From Geosiphon pyriformis uo1 (Eukaryota > Fungi > Glomeromycota): 64,000 nt of DNA. The stretch spans positions 248,001-312,000 of the forward strand of contig JAAOMT010000301.1 in NCBI GenBank assembly GCA_016748015.1, read 5' to 3'. A program made the translations under genes and the position numbers. This document shows, piece by piece, positions 13,761 to 25,014 of this stretch (its first letter is position 1; the number at the start of each line of letters is the position of its first letter). The notes under the pieces were generated by a model, which was not told where the DNA came from, searched no databases, and saw nothing but the letters and a program-made list of their open reading frames with translations.

Positions 13761-14843
13761 TAGAATTCTGATTGAACTAAACCAAATTAAACCAATTTTT
13801 CAAAGTAAATTCAATTAAAGTTTGGCATTAAATTTTTTTAACAAGTCTGAGTTTGGTTTAAATTTAGTTTAAAGTTCACAAATTTGTTCAAGTTTAATAG
13901 AATTAAAAAAAATATAACTTATATTACTTATTTATTAATTATTATTTTGTTTAATTATTATAATCAGTTAAAAAAGTATATAAAACTATATATATATAAT
14001 AACTCTACTTTTTAACTTACTAAAATAAATTTATTGTTAATATTATCTAATGTTATTAAAGATTTAAAATCCAAAATAATAGAATTTAATAATTCAAATA
14101 GTCTAAATATTAATATATTTAATAAATGTAGTTTTCAAAATAAAGTATAAATCTATTTTGATAAGTTTGAATGAACAAAAAAAAACAGCTAAATATATGA
14201 TCTTAAAATGTGTATATACACCATTTTTTTATAGAACAATGAATATTATCAAATTCTTATAACATTATTTAAAGGCTTTCCATCAGACAATATATATTAC
14301 AATAGAAAAATATTATAAGAAAAAGCAAAATGTTCAGAAAGATTACAAATCAATTGAAAAAATGTTTTGATAAGTAAGATTGCTATTTTTTTTTATGATT
14401 TTTGACTAATTTAACTAGAAAACTGCTTTAATCTTTTGTAATAACTGTTATTAATATTAATAATAAAAAACTTTATAACATGATTATTATTTGGTTTTTT
14501 CTGCAAATAGAAATATAATTACAGATATAAAGTTTTACTTAGTACTTAAAACTATAAGAGCAGCACAATGTTTTTAATTATAAATACAAAGATTATTAAA
14601 AAAAAAATTAAATAATAATATAGTATAATATAATGTTTTTAATAGTTAAACTTAAACATGTTCATAAACTTCAAACAAACTTAACTAGATTTATTATATA
14701 TATTTGAATTTGGTTTAAGTTTGATAATTTTAAGTCTGGTTTAAGTTTGAATTTGAAATTTTGCCAAATTTTCTATTTAAATTTGGTTTAATTTAGTGAT
14801 TTAATTGAACTCGAACTAAACTGAATTGAACATCAAAATTTTA
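13761..14843 (+). mobile_element. Internally deleted hAT-type DNA transposon inside LINE ORF1
   Basis: 12-bp TIRs tagaattctgat / atcaaaatttta (2 transitions), 8-bp TSD ttattagc / ctaccagc, subterminal aaccaaa/tttggttt repeats, and a decayed BED zinc finger at ~14140-14290 (V*IYFDK..TAK.MI.KC...YLKAFH). Confidence 0.75.
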
Positions 14844-16124
14844 CTACCAGCTTTTTTTAATAAAGCACCAAAATTATAAGCAGTAGTTCTTATGAGCAAA
14901 ATAAATAGAAGTGTTTTAAACTAATTTCTTAACATTTAAACATCACAAACTTCTATAGTCTTTGCTATATATACTGAATTTTTTCTAATTAAAAATGACT
15001 ATCTAGTTGCTAATTGATTAGTATAAGCTAATTTAACAAATTCTATTATAGTTTTTTGTCATAGCTTAATTAGTTGTAATTAGATAATACTATCTGGCCA
15101 AACTTAGAAAGTGCTGTAATAATTATTTTCTTTAATATATTTATGAGAATTTTTTTAATAATCATAGTCTAATTTAAACACATTTTTTGTTTTTTAAATT
15201 TATTGTTTATGATGATTCTTTTTTTTTAGCCAATAATATAGTCTTCTTTATGTTTTTCTTTAATATAAATATTAAGCTAATAATTTTTTTAAATTTTAAA
15301 AAAATAGTGGTCTTTCCAAAATTATTAATTGTTGAAAAAATTTTTCCAATAATCCGAGTTTTTGCTGTTATCAATTTGTTTTCTATAGCTAAAAGATTAA
15401 TATCTAATACAAAGAATTTTTTAATTGCTACTTTTATTATTTTGAAGTTAATTCACTTTTTGTTTAAAAAAATATTAAGAAAAAAAAGAAAAAATTTTTT
15501 ATTTTATCTATACTATAGTTAATTATACCAATAGAAAAATTATAATTCAAGTCAATATTAATTTTTTTTGCTTTAAAAGTTGTTGCTGTTAAACCAAAAA
15601 AAAAACTATTACTAGTACTTATTAATATATTACTAACACCACTATTATTGAATTGACTATTTATATCTAAGTATATTTCACTTTTAAGACCAGATTTAAC
15701 CAAAAAAAATTCTTTTTTATTATTAAAGTATTTAATGTTGCCTATTAAAACTCTTTTTTTTTGAAAGAAAAAACTCTTAATAGAATCATAAAAAGCTCTT
15801 TTAAGTGCTTTTTTCTTAGATATAAGAGAAAAAAAGTTTTTTAAATTCTTTATAATTATAAGTTTTAATTACACAATTACAAATATAATTTTTGTTTTAT
15901 AAAACTTAATTGAAAATTTTTTTTAAAATACTATTTTAATTAATAAATTTAATTTTATTATATTTTTTTAAACTATATTAATTTTAATATTATATTTGTT
16001 TAATAAAAAAAATAATAATAAATAAAATAAAAATTTTAATATGTTTAATTATTTTTTAATATAATAATTTATAATGTGTTTAATAATTTTTAATAATTTT
16101 TTAATATTTTATAATAATTTTAAT

Positions 16125-18400
16125 TTTTTTTTTATTTGCTTAATGAGTGCAGCCCAAAAACAATCTAGTACTATACATCAAAGAAATGATCTAAACTAGA
16201 TGTTAATTATACATTTTTTATACATAAGTAGTCATTTGGACCAATCAAGGACACACTACACTAATGCTACAGAAGAAAACTTGCCCAAAGATGACATCTT
16301 TTAAATAATAGAAAACAAAGTTGTACTGCAAGAAACCAAACCAACCAGTCACTCAGCAGTTTTAAAGGGATCAGTTTTAATAACAACAGACTTATGCTCC
16401 CAAAGAAATATTAGGTTAGAAAACACCTCATTACTTACAACAGGTGAAAGCTCTGAATCACCAGACATATCAATGTCCTCCATGCAGCATTCCTTTTTCA
16501 AAGAAACCACTTCTTTCTCCAACTTACCCACAGTCTTACTAAAGAAACCCATATGTACCAAAACCTTATTGATCCTAAGACTGAGAGCACTACTTGAAAC
16601 CAAATTACCATTAATAAACTGTTCAAAAGTTGCAACCAAAGAGCCAATAGGCTTAACAATAGACTCAACCAAAACAGAAAGCTTAGTTAAATCAAATTCC
16701 AAAGAAAACAATCAGAACAGTGTCAGAGAATTACCAACAACAACAAAAGAAGAAACAAGAGGTAACAGAGGTAGAAATTCAGAAGGGCTCAAGGGAGCAG
16801 AAGTCTTGGCATAAGACTTAAGACCAACAAAGCAGTGTAAACACCTTGGGAAGCTTGAGAGGGGAAGGTGGAGAAACCTTATAGTCTACAGCCAGATGGC
16901 CCATTTTTTGACACTTGAAACAATGCTGACAACCAGGAATTTCCCACCAAATATGGCATTTTCTTAATGTACCAGTTTTGACAATAGCAGAGTTCAAATC
17001 AGCTTGAGAACCAAATATAATCAGAGCAAACTGGAACCAACAACCAGACTTAAGAGAACAAGGAATAAAACATGTTTAACTATTAACTTAAGAAATCATA
17101 TCACTAATCTTAAAAGCTGTGCATTCAGAAGGAAGATTGACCAACATGGCCTTAAACTTATTACGAGACACAATAGTCTTATTTTGATTCACCAGAGAGA
17201 GGATTCTAATACTATCCTTGCCCACCAAAACTGACCAATAACTTAAAGCAAACACAGCAAAGTCCAACTTTTCAAAATAAACCACCACATACTGCCAAAC
17301 ACCAACAGGCTTCAGCACAACACAAGCAACACTACCAAACACACTAAGAGCTGTCTTAATGTCAGCAGCAAACACACCCAAGAGCACATCACGCAGTGCA
17401 ACAGCAGTAGAAGGGGAACCAGACTCAAAAATCATCAAAGACTTGGCAATTTTGAGAGTGGCCAAATGTACAGAGCTTGTAAGCTCAACTAAAAATGCAG
17501 CTTCCAAAGACACTTGAGAAGCAAACTCCACACAAAACAATTTTACATTGTTTTTTAATACTGACTTTGCATCCAAAAAACCATGTACTAACTAAAAAAC
17601 AGCCTTAACATGAGCCAATTTGATCTTAAAAGTAGCACTAAGCACTAGAGTGGAGGCCACCCACCCAGCAAACCTTTAACAACTAGTAATAGTTTCTCAA
17701 GCACCACCAAAAGTAGCACCAGAAACTAGAGAAAGAGATGATTTAGTTTCCATTTGATCAGTCCAGTTCTCAAGAACAGGTGATCCAACAGAAGGAGATT
17801 GTTTTGTTTTTAAAACCAGTAACAATCTGCTGGAAGACACCACATTAAGCAACACAGCCAGTAGTTGATCTTGGCCCATTTTGGACAATGTGCTGAATGA
17901 TGCTATGGAGATCTCATCTAAGATCTTATTGGAAACCACAAAGGAGTTCAGTGTAACAATAGCAAAAGCAAGTGACTGCCCCCACTTTTCTGAACTTTTG
18001 GTCTTTTTGCCCATTTTTTTTGAAGAGGAGGTGCTAATAGCATCAGATGGAGAAGCTATGGAGGGGAAAACCAGCTTGTTAACTGGTTTATTATTAAAAA
18101 CTTTTGGGCTCTTAGTTGAGATGGAGGCAATACTGGGACTAACCCAAGTGTGTCTTTTTGAGAGAACTTTAACTGGTAAAAAACCAGCCAAAGATAAGGA
18201 AGTTGCTTCAATGGCTACCAAAGGCAGCTTATCACGATTACTGGGTAAAGAAAAGGCTTCTAAAACATTCTGCTTAGTTGCTTCCACAACAGAGAGAGCT
18301 TCTCTAGTTGAAATTTTATTAAATATCTTAGAACAGATATCAGATACAGCTTTTTTACTCTTTGCTCTGGTTGTGATCATAAAATTAAGAAGACAAAGAG
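16125..18400 (-). mobile_element. ORF1-only (HAL1-like) non-autonomous retroelement, copy A
   Basis: Single ~705-codon gag-like ORF (ATG 18380, TAG 16258-16256, internal stops) with RRM-like and CCHC regions homologous to LINE ORF1. The stop is followed directly by the shared LINE tail and A-tract. No ORF2. Confidence 0.82.
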
Positions 18401-18504
18401 TAAATTATATAATATATAATTTTAATTATTATATTTTTTATTTTATAATTAATTAAATTATTATTATTATTATTGTTAATTTTTTAGCTTAAATAATAAT
18501 AATA

Positions 18505-18885
18505 AGGCTTGGAAATGACTATTGTATTAGAATATAAATGATAAAAACTAAGTATAAAGTAATAATAGAGAAAAAAAACCTGATTGTACATAATAGTTCA
18601 ATGTCTTTTAAAGTTTGTAATCTTTTATTTTTGCTTTCTAATAGTGTTATTAAGTTGCTTAGAATTGTAAAAACACATAATATTAGTTTTGGTTTTTATA
18701 AGCTTTACAGTTTTTTTTCTGGTATTAATAATATAGTGTCTGTTAAAATAGATTTGTAGTGTTATTTTGATTGGTTCAAGTGGTAGATCACATGTAAAAA
18801 ATACATGATTTGCATCTAGTTTAGATTATTTAGTTTAATGTATTGTATTAGATAGTATTTGGGTCTTACTCATTAAATAAAAATA
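18505..18885 (+). mobile_element. 5'-truncated LINE 3' fragment
   Basis: ORF 18538-18759 (EKKNLIVH..VIKLLRIV..ISFGF..FFSGINNIVSVKIDL*) matches the ORF2 C-terminus at 63129-63596 and is followed by the shared tail and an A/(AAT)n tract. Confidence 0.8.
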
Positions 18886-19229
18886 ATAATAATAATAATA
18901 ATAACAAGATTTTAATATTAATTGAAATTAAAAAACCAATAATATAAATTTAATTATTATTATTATTATTATTATATATAATAAATATAATTTAATTACT
19001 ACTTATACAATTTAATAAAATCAAAAAAGCCAAAAAAATAAAACTTACAAATCTTAATAAAATAAAAAACAAATCTAAAATTATAAATAATTTTTTAAAA
19101 AAATTTAAATTTAAAGCAATATTTTTGACAAAATTAATACTATAAACAAATATATTATCTAATAGAAAACTAAATTTTTAATCTTAAAAATAATAAATAT
19201 AATTGTCTTAATAATATTTTTTAAAATAT

Positions 19230-22140
19230 AACTGAACTTTTTGTCTCTTTAATTTATGACCATGACTAAAGCAAAGAGTAAAAAAACTGCACCTGATATC
19301 TGTTCTGAGATATCTAATAAAATTTCAACCAAAAGAGCTCTTTTTGTTGTAAAAGCAATTAGGCAGAATGTTTTAGAAGCCTTTTCTTTACTCAGTAATC
19401 GTGATAAGCTGCCTTTGGTAGCCACTGAAGCAACTTTCTCATCTTTGGCTGGTTTCTTACTAGTTAAAGTTCCTTCAAAGAGACATATTTAGGTTAGTCC
19501 CAGTGTTGCCTCTACTTCAATTAAGAGCCCAAAAGTTTTTAATAATAAACCAGTTAACAAGCTGGTCTTCTCTTCCATAGCTTTTATATCTGGTGCTGCT
19601 AACATCTCCTCTTCAAAAAAAATGGTTAAAAAGACCAAAAGTTCAGAAAAGTGGGAGCAGTTGCTTGTCTCTGCTATTGTTACACTGAACTCCTTTGTGG
19701 TTCCCAATGAGATCTTAGATGAGATCTCTATAGTATCATCTGGCACATTGTCCAAAATAGGCCTAAATTAACTACTGGCTGTGTTGCCAAATGTGGTGTT
19801 TTCTAGTAGATCATCACCAGTTTTAAAAGCAAAACAATTTTTTCCTGTTGAGTTACCTGTTTTTGAGAACTGGGCTGATTAAATAGAAACTAAATCATCT
19901 TTTTCTCTAGTTTCTGATGCTATTTTTGGTGGTGCTTGGGAAACTATTACTAGTCATCAAAGGTTTGCTAGGTAAGTAGCCTCTATTCTGGTGCTTAATG
20001 CTACTTTTAAGATCAAATTGGCTTATGTCAAGGCTGTTTTTCAGTTAGTACATGGTTTTTTGGATGCAAAGTCAATATTAAAAAACAATATGAAGCTGTT
20101 TTGTATGAAGTTTGCTTCTCAAGTGTTTTTGGAAGCTACATTCTTGGTTAAATTTACAAGCTTTGTACATTTGGCCACCCTCAAAATTGTCAAGTCTTTG
20201 GTAATTTCTGAGTCTGGTTCTCTTTTTGCTACTGTTGTGCTGCATGATGTGCTCTTGAATGTGTTTGCTGCTGATATTAAGATGGTTCTCAGTATGTTTG
20301 ATAGTGTTACTCATGTTGTGCTGAAGTCTGCTGATATTTGGCAGTATGTAGTGGTTTATTTTGAAAAGTTGGATTCTACTGTGTCTGCTTTGAATTATTG
20401 GTCAGTTTTGGTGAACAAGAATAGTGTTAGAATTCTCTCTCTGGTGAATCAAAATGAGACTATTNNNNNNNNNNNNNNNNNNNNTTTTGAGAACTGGGCT
20501 GATTAAATAGAAACTAAATCATCTTTTTCTCTAGTTTCTGATGCTATTTTTGGTGGTGCTTGGGAAACTATTACTAGTCATCAAAGGTTTGCTAGGTAAG
20601 TAGCCTCTATTCTGGTGCTTAATGCTACTTTTAAGATCAAATTGGCTTATGTCAAGGCTGTTTTTCAGTTAGTACATGGTTTTTTGGATGCAAAGTCAAT
20701 ATTAAAAAACAATATGAAGCTGTTTTGTATGAAGTTTGCTTCTCAAGTGTTTTTGGAAGCTACATTCTTGGTTAAATTTACAAGCTTTGTACATTTGGCC
20801 ACCCTCAAAATTGTCAAGTCTTTGGTAATTTCTGAGTCTGGTTCTCTTTTTGCTACTGTTGTGCTGCATGATGTGCTCTTGAATGTGTTTGCTGCTGATA
20901 TTAAGATGGTTCTCAGTATGTTTGATAGTGTTACTCATGTTGTGCTGAAGTCTGCTGATATTTGGCAGTATGTAGTGGTTTATTTTGAAAAGTTGGATTC
21001 TACTGTGTCTGCTTTGAATTATTGGTCAGTTTTGGTGAACAAGAATAGTGTTAGAATTCTCTCTCTGGTGAATCAAAATGAGACTATTTTGTTTTCATGA
21101 TAAGTTTAAGGCCAAGTTGGTCAATTTTCCTTCTGAATGCATAGCTTTTGAAATTAGTAATATGATTTTTCAAGTTAGTTATTAAACATGTTTTATCCCT
21201 CATTTTCTTGAGTTTGGTCATTATTTCCAGTTTGCTCTGGTCACATTTGGTTCTCAAGCTGATTTGGACTCTGCTATTGTCAAAACTGGTACATTGAGAA
21301 AATGCTGTATTTGGTAAGAAACTCCTGGTTGTTAGTGTTGTTTCAAGTGTCAAAAACTAGACCATCTGGTTGCAGACTGTAAGATTTTTTCACCTTCCCC
21401 TCCCAAGGTGTTCACATCATGTTTTGTTGGTTTTAAGTCTTATGCCAAGGCTTCTGCTTTTTTGGTCTTCTCTGGATTTTCACCTTTGTTATCTTTTGTT
21501 TCTTCTCCAGTTGTTATTGGTGATCCTTTGGTGCTATCCCAACTGTCTTCTTTGGAATCTGATTTGACTAAGCTTTCTGCTTTGGTTGAATCTATTGTTA
21601 AGCTTATTGGCTCTCTGATTACAATTTTTAAACAGTTTATTAATGATAATTTGGTTTCAAGTAGTGCTCTTGGTTTTAGGATCAATAAAATTTTGGTGTA
21701 TATGAGTTCTTTTAGTAGGACTGTTGGTAAGCTGGAGAGAAAAGTGGTTTCTTTAAAAAAAGAATGCTGCATAAAAAACATTGATATGTCTGGTAATTCA
21801 GAGCTTTTGCTTGTTGTGAGTAATGAAGTGTTTTCCAACTTAATGTCCCTTTGGGAGCATGAGTCTGTTAATGTTAAAACTGATTTCTTTAAAACTGCTG
21901 AGTGGCTAGTTGGTTTGGTTTTTTGCAGTACAACTTTGTTTTCTGTCATTTAAAAGATGTCGTCTTTGGGTAAATTTTCTTTTGTAGTATCAGCATAGTG
22001 TGTTCTTGACTGGTTCAAGTGGCTGGTCATGTGTAGAAAATGCATGATTAACATCTAGTTTAGATTGATTCTTAAATATATTGTTTTAAGTAGCTTTTGG
22101 GCCTCACTTGTTAAACTTTAATAAAAAAATAATAATAATA
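19230..22140 (+). mobile_element. ORF1-only (HAL1-like) non-autonomous retroelement, copy B (contains an artefactual 604-bp duplication)
   Basis: Close paralogue of copy A in inverted orientation. ATG 19256, TAG 21996-21998, then the shared tail to ~22113 and an A-rich end. Confidence 0.82.
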
Positions 22141-22199
22141 ATAAAATTAACATTAAATATTAAACTTATTTTTTTGTATTTTATATATAATTTAAAATT

Positions 22200-22930
22200 T
22201 GATAACTGAATTAATTTTCTGTAAACTTTAATTAAACTATAATAATATTTAAATAACAATATTAGTTTGTTTAAATATATTTAAAAATTTTAAGAATTAT
22301 TTTTTAAAACCAAAATTTTTAGCAATTGTTATATATATATTAAAAAATTTACAAAATTTCAAAAAACACTAATTTAGTTTCAGTTTTTAATATCCAATTT
22401 TTGTATTTCTTTAAAAATTATTTTTCTGGTAGTTTATTTTTAAAACAAAAAAACAAATAATTCAAAGTTTTTACATTCTTCTATTTTAAACAAAATAAAT
22501 TTAAATAATTAGAATAATATATTTTTTTATAAAAGTTTAATTATTTACTTGAAAATTTAAATTACTAATTATAAAACAGCCAAAGAAAAAATTAACTAAT
22601 TTAGTTTTAAACATATTATAAAAAACATTATTTTTTTTATTAAAATTAACTAACAAATAAAAACAATATCAAAAACTTTTAAAGACTTTAAAATTTTTTT
22701 ACAGTATAGCAATTATATTAGAATTGTAAAAAAAAACTTAAAGCCAAAAAAAGGCTTTTTTAGCAGCCAAAACTGCTTTGTATTTGTATTATTTAAAAAA
22801 AATGCTTTAGTAAAATACTATCTAACTGTTTCTACAATTAAAAAAGCTTTTAAAGTGGTTGTATTGATAAAAACTACATTAAAATTGGTAGTTGCTTCTT
22901 TTTTATTTTTTGCTCTAGTTGTGATCATAA
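22200..22930 (-). mobile_element. Older 5' fragment of the ORF1-only family, copy C
   Basis: Minus strand from ATG 22928 reads MITTRAKNKKEA..LKAFLIVETVR, matching MITTRAKSKKAV of copy A. It decays to near-pure AT leftwards. Confidence 0.65.
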
Positions 22931-23172
22931 AAATATGAAAGAGAAAAGCCCTACTTTGGTAATAAAACATTTAATATAATTTGCTTATTATTTATATATT
23001 AAATAAAATCTACAATAATTATTAAGTGTTATTTTTATATTACAGTTTTACGTACTATATTTGATTATGTTAACTTATATTTGAAATTTAAAAATATTAA
23101 TCAAAGCATTGATAATTAATCAGTTTGTTTCCGACCACCAAGTTATAATATTTAATTGCCTGTAATTTTATA

Positions 23173-24529
23173 ATGTCCGAGGAACATGTCACAACTGACA
23201 TTATTACTTTAAGTCGCCATGTACTTGATGAACAACGTAGGCATAAAGAAGCCAGTGGGGAGCTTACCCTTTTGTTGAATGCTATTCAGCTAGGCTGTAA
23301 ATTCGTGGCAACCAATGTCAGAAAAGCTCGCTTATTAAATTTGTGAAGTATACAGCTAAAGTTTTAGAAACGCAACATGAGTGAATTAATTGCATTTTGA
23401 ACTCATTATGCAAATCTAAAACTTAGAATTGGTGTCTCTGGTGTTTCCAATGTTCAAGGGGAGGAACAAAAAAAGCTTGACGTTATTTCCAATGAAATAT
23501 TTATCAATGCGCTTCGTTCTTCTGGTAAAGTGGCCGTAATGGTTTCTGAGGAAGATGAATTCCCGATTATTGTTGAAGAAGGATTAAGAGGACGTTATTG
23601 CGTAGTCTTTGATCCCTTAGACGGCTCATCAAACATTGACGCTGGTGTCAATGTGGGGACAATTTTTGGTATCTACCGCATTGTATGTTCTCTTCATTTA
23701 ATCTCTGTTAAAATTTTCAAGCTAAATAGATAAAGTAGTTGTATTAATTTTTTGCGACTCACAAACTAAAGCGATCTGGGTCCCCTGGCACAGTTGAAGA
23801 TGTTTTACGGCCAGGTAACGAAATGGTCGTTGCTGGTTACTGTATGTATGGTAGTTCTGCCAATATGGTTTTATCGCTTGGGGACGGAGTGAATGGCTAT
23901 ACACTTGACAGTGTAATACATTAAATTACTTTTTATTTTATTATTCAAAAAAAATTCCGAATTATCTAATATTTATCTTTCATTTGAACCACAGGCTATC
24001 GGAGAGTTCATTTTAACCCATCCAAATGTAATAAAAAACATAATATTATCAGTTTTGAAATTCTTGGGACAATCTTAATCTTTAATCCCTATTATGCTTT
24101 TCTCAGATTAGAATTCCAAAACGGGGTAAGATATACTCTGTAAATGAAGGTAACGCCATTTATTGGGATGAAGCGTGTACCGAATACTTTAATTCGATAA
24201 AATTCCCACCACCTGGAAAAAACCCTTATTCGGCCAGGTATATCGGTTCAATGGTAGCCGATGTACATCGCACGCTTCTCTACGGCGGTATTTTTGCGTA
24301 TCCAGCCGATAAGAAATCCAGGAGCGGAAAACTTCGTCTTTTATACGAATGCTTTCCAATGGCATTTCTAGTTGAGCAAGCTGGAGGAAAAGCAATCAGC
24401 GGATTCGGTCGAATTTTAGATATCGTTCCCGAAAAGATTCATGCACGTGCCCCTATTTTTTTAGGTAGCAAAGAAGATGTGGAGGATTTTGAAAGGATCA
24501 ACACCAAGTATACAAATAACATAGCTTAG
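23173..24529 (+). CDS. FBP1: Fructose-1,6-bisphosphatase, class I; 5 exons: 23173-23342, 23427-23682, 23772-23912, 23995-24027, 24107-24529
   Basis: [48 protein letters not shown] and GKLRLLYE motifs. GT-AG introns restore the frame. Confidence 0.97.
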
Positions 24530-25014
24530 AGCTATTTTGGATGGGTTCAAAAAGATAGAGAATTAAATAGAGATCAAAAGTAATTGCAAACGCAAACCTT
24601 GCCAGAAAAACTTGATTTCCTTCCCCGTGGTGGATGGTAACACGGTCTAATTTACATATAAACGAAAATCAATTATGTCATCCATCCCAGACGTGTTAAG
24701 ACTCGAAATTTCAATCAAATTAGAATGGAATGTTTGATCCCAAACATCGGGGAATAACCGTAAATCAGGATGAAACTCAAAAAAAAAGACCTTTTGTGAT
24801 CAATAAGAGTGCCATATTTTATAGTAAAGTACAAAACACGTGCTGTTGAAATTTAAAACACTTATAAACTGGGGAAAATTTATGTTTATAATGTTCGTGT
24901 ATTATCTAAAGACACGTCGTTGTTCGAACCTTTTGAGTGTGAATTTCACAATCATTCAAAGTTAGGGTTGTGGAATACTTGTGAAATGCATTTTTACTAG
25001 CCTAAATATCAGCA

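Larger units (their letters stand above)
7770..15860 (-). mobile_element. Old, heavily AT-mutated full-length LINE with two nested insertions
   Basis: Reverse-complemented tail at ~7785-7910, RNase H/RT remnants at 8-11 kb, endonuclease FYVILSGNFN (=VILGGDFNE) at ~11690, endonuclease N-terminus (KF.TCNIR) at ~12820-12858, ORF1 at 12856-13760 and 14844-~15830. Colinear with the LINEs at 49 and 57 kb. Confidence 0.8.

Noticed and set aside
19861-21088. 604-bp direct duplication (19861-20464 and 20485-21088) giving twin ORFs
   Set aside because: The copies appear identical and flank a 20-N gap in a heavily mutated element; this is a contig-overlap scaffolding artefact
16473-21949. Antisense ORFs of 113-191 aa opposite the ORF1-only elements and LINEs
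   Set aside because: Shadow frames of coding sequence with no motifs and inconsistent ends between copies
16125-22140. Copies A and B as arms of one large foldback/TIR element
   Set aside because: Each has its own tail and A-tract and they are clearly diverged, fitting independent retrotransposition events
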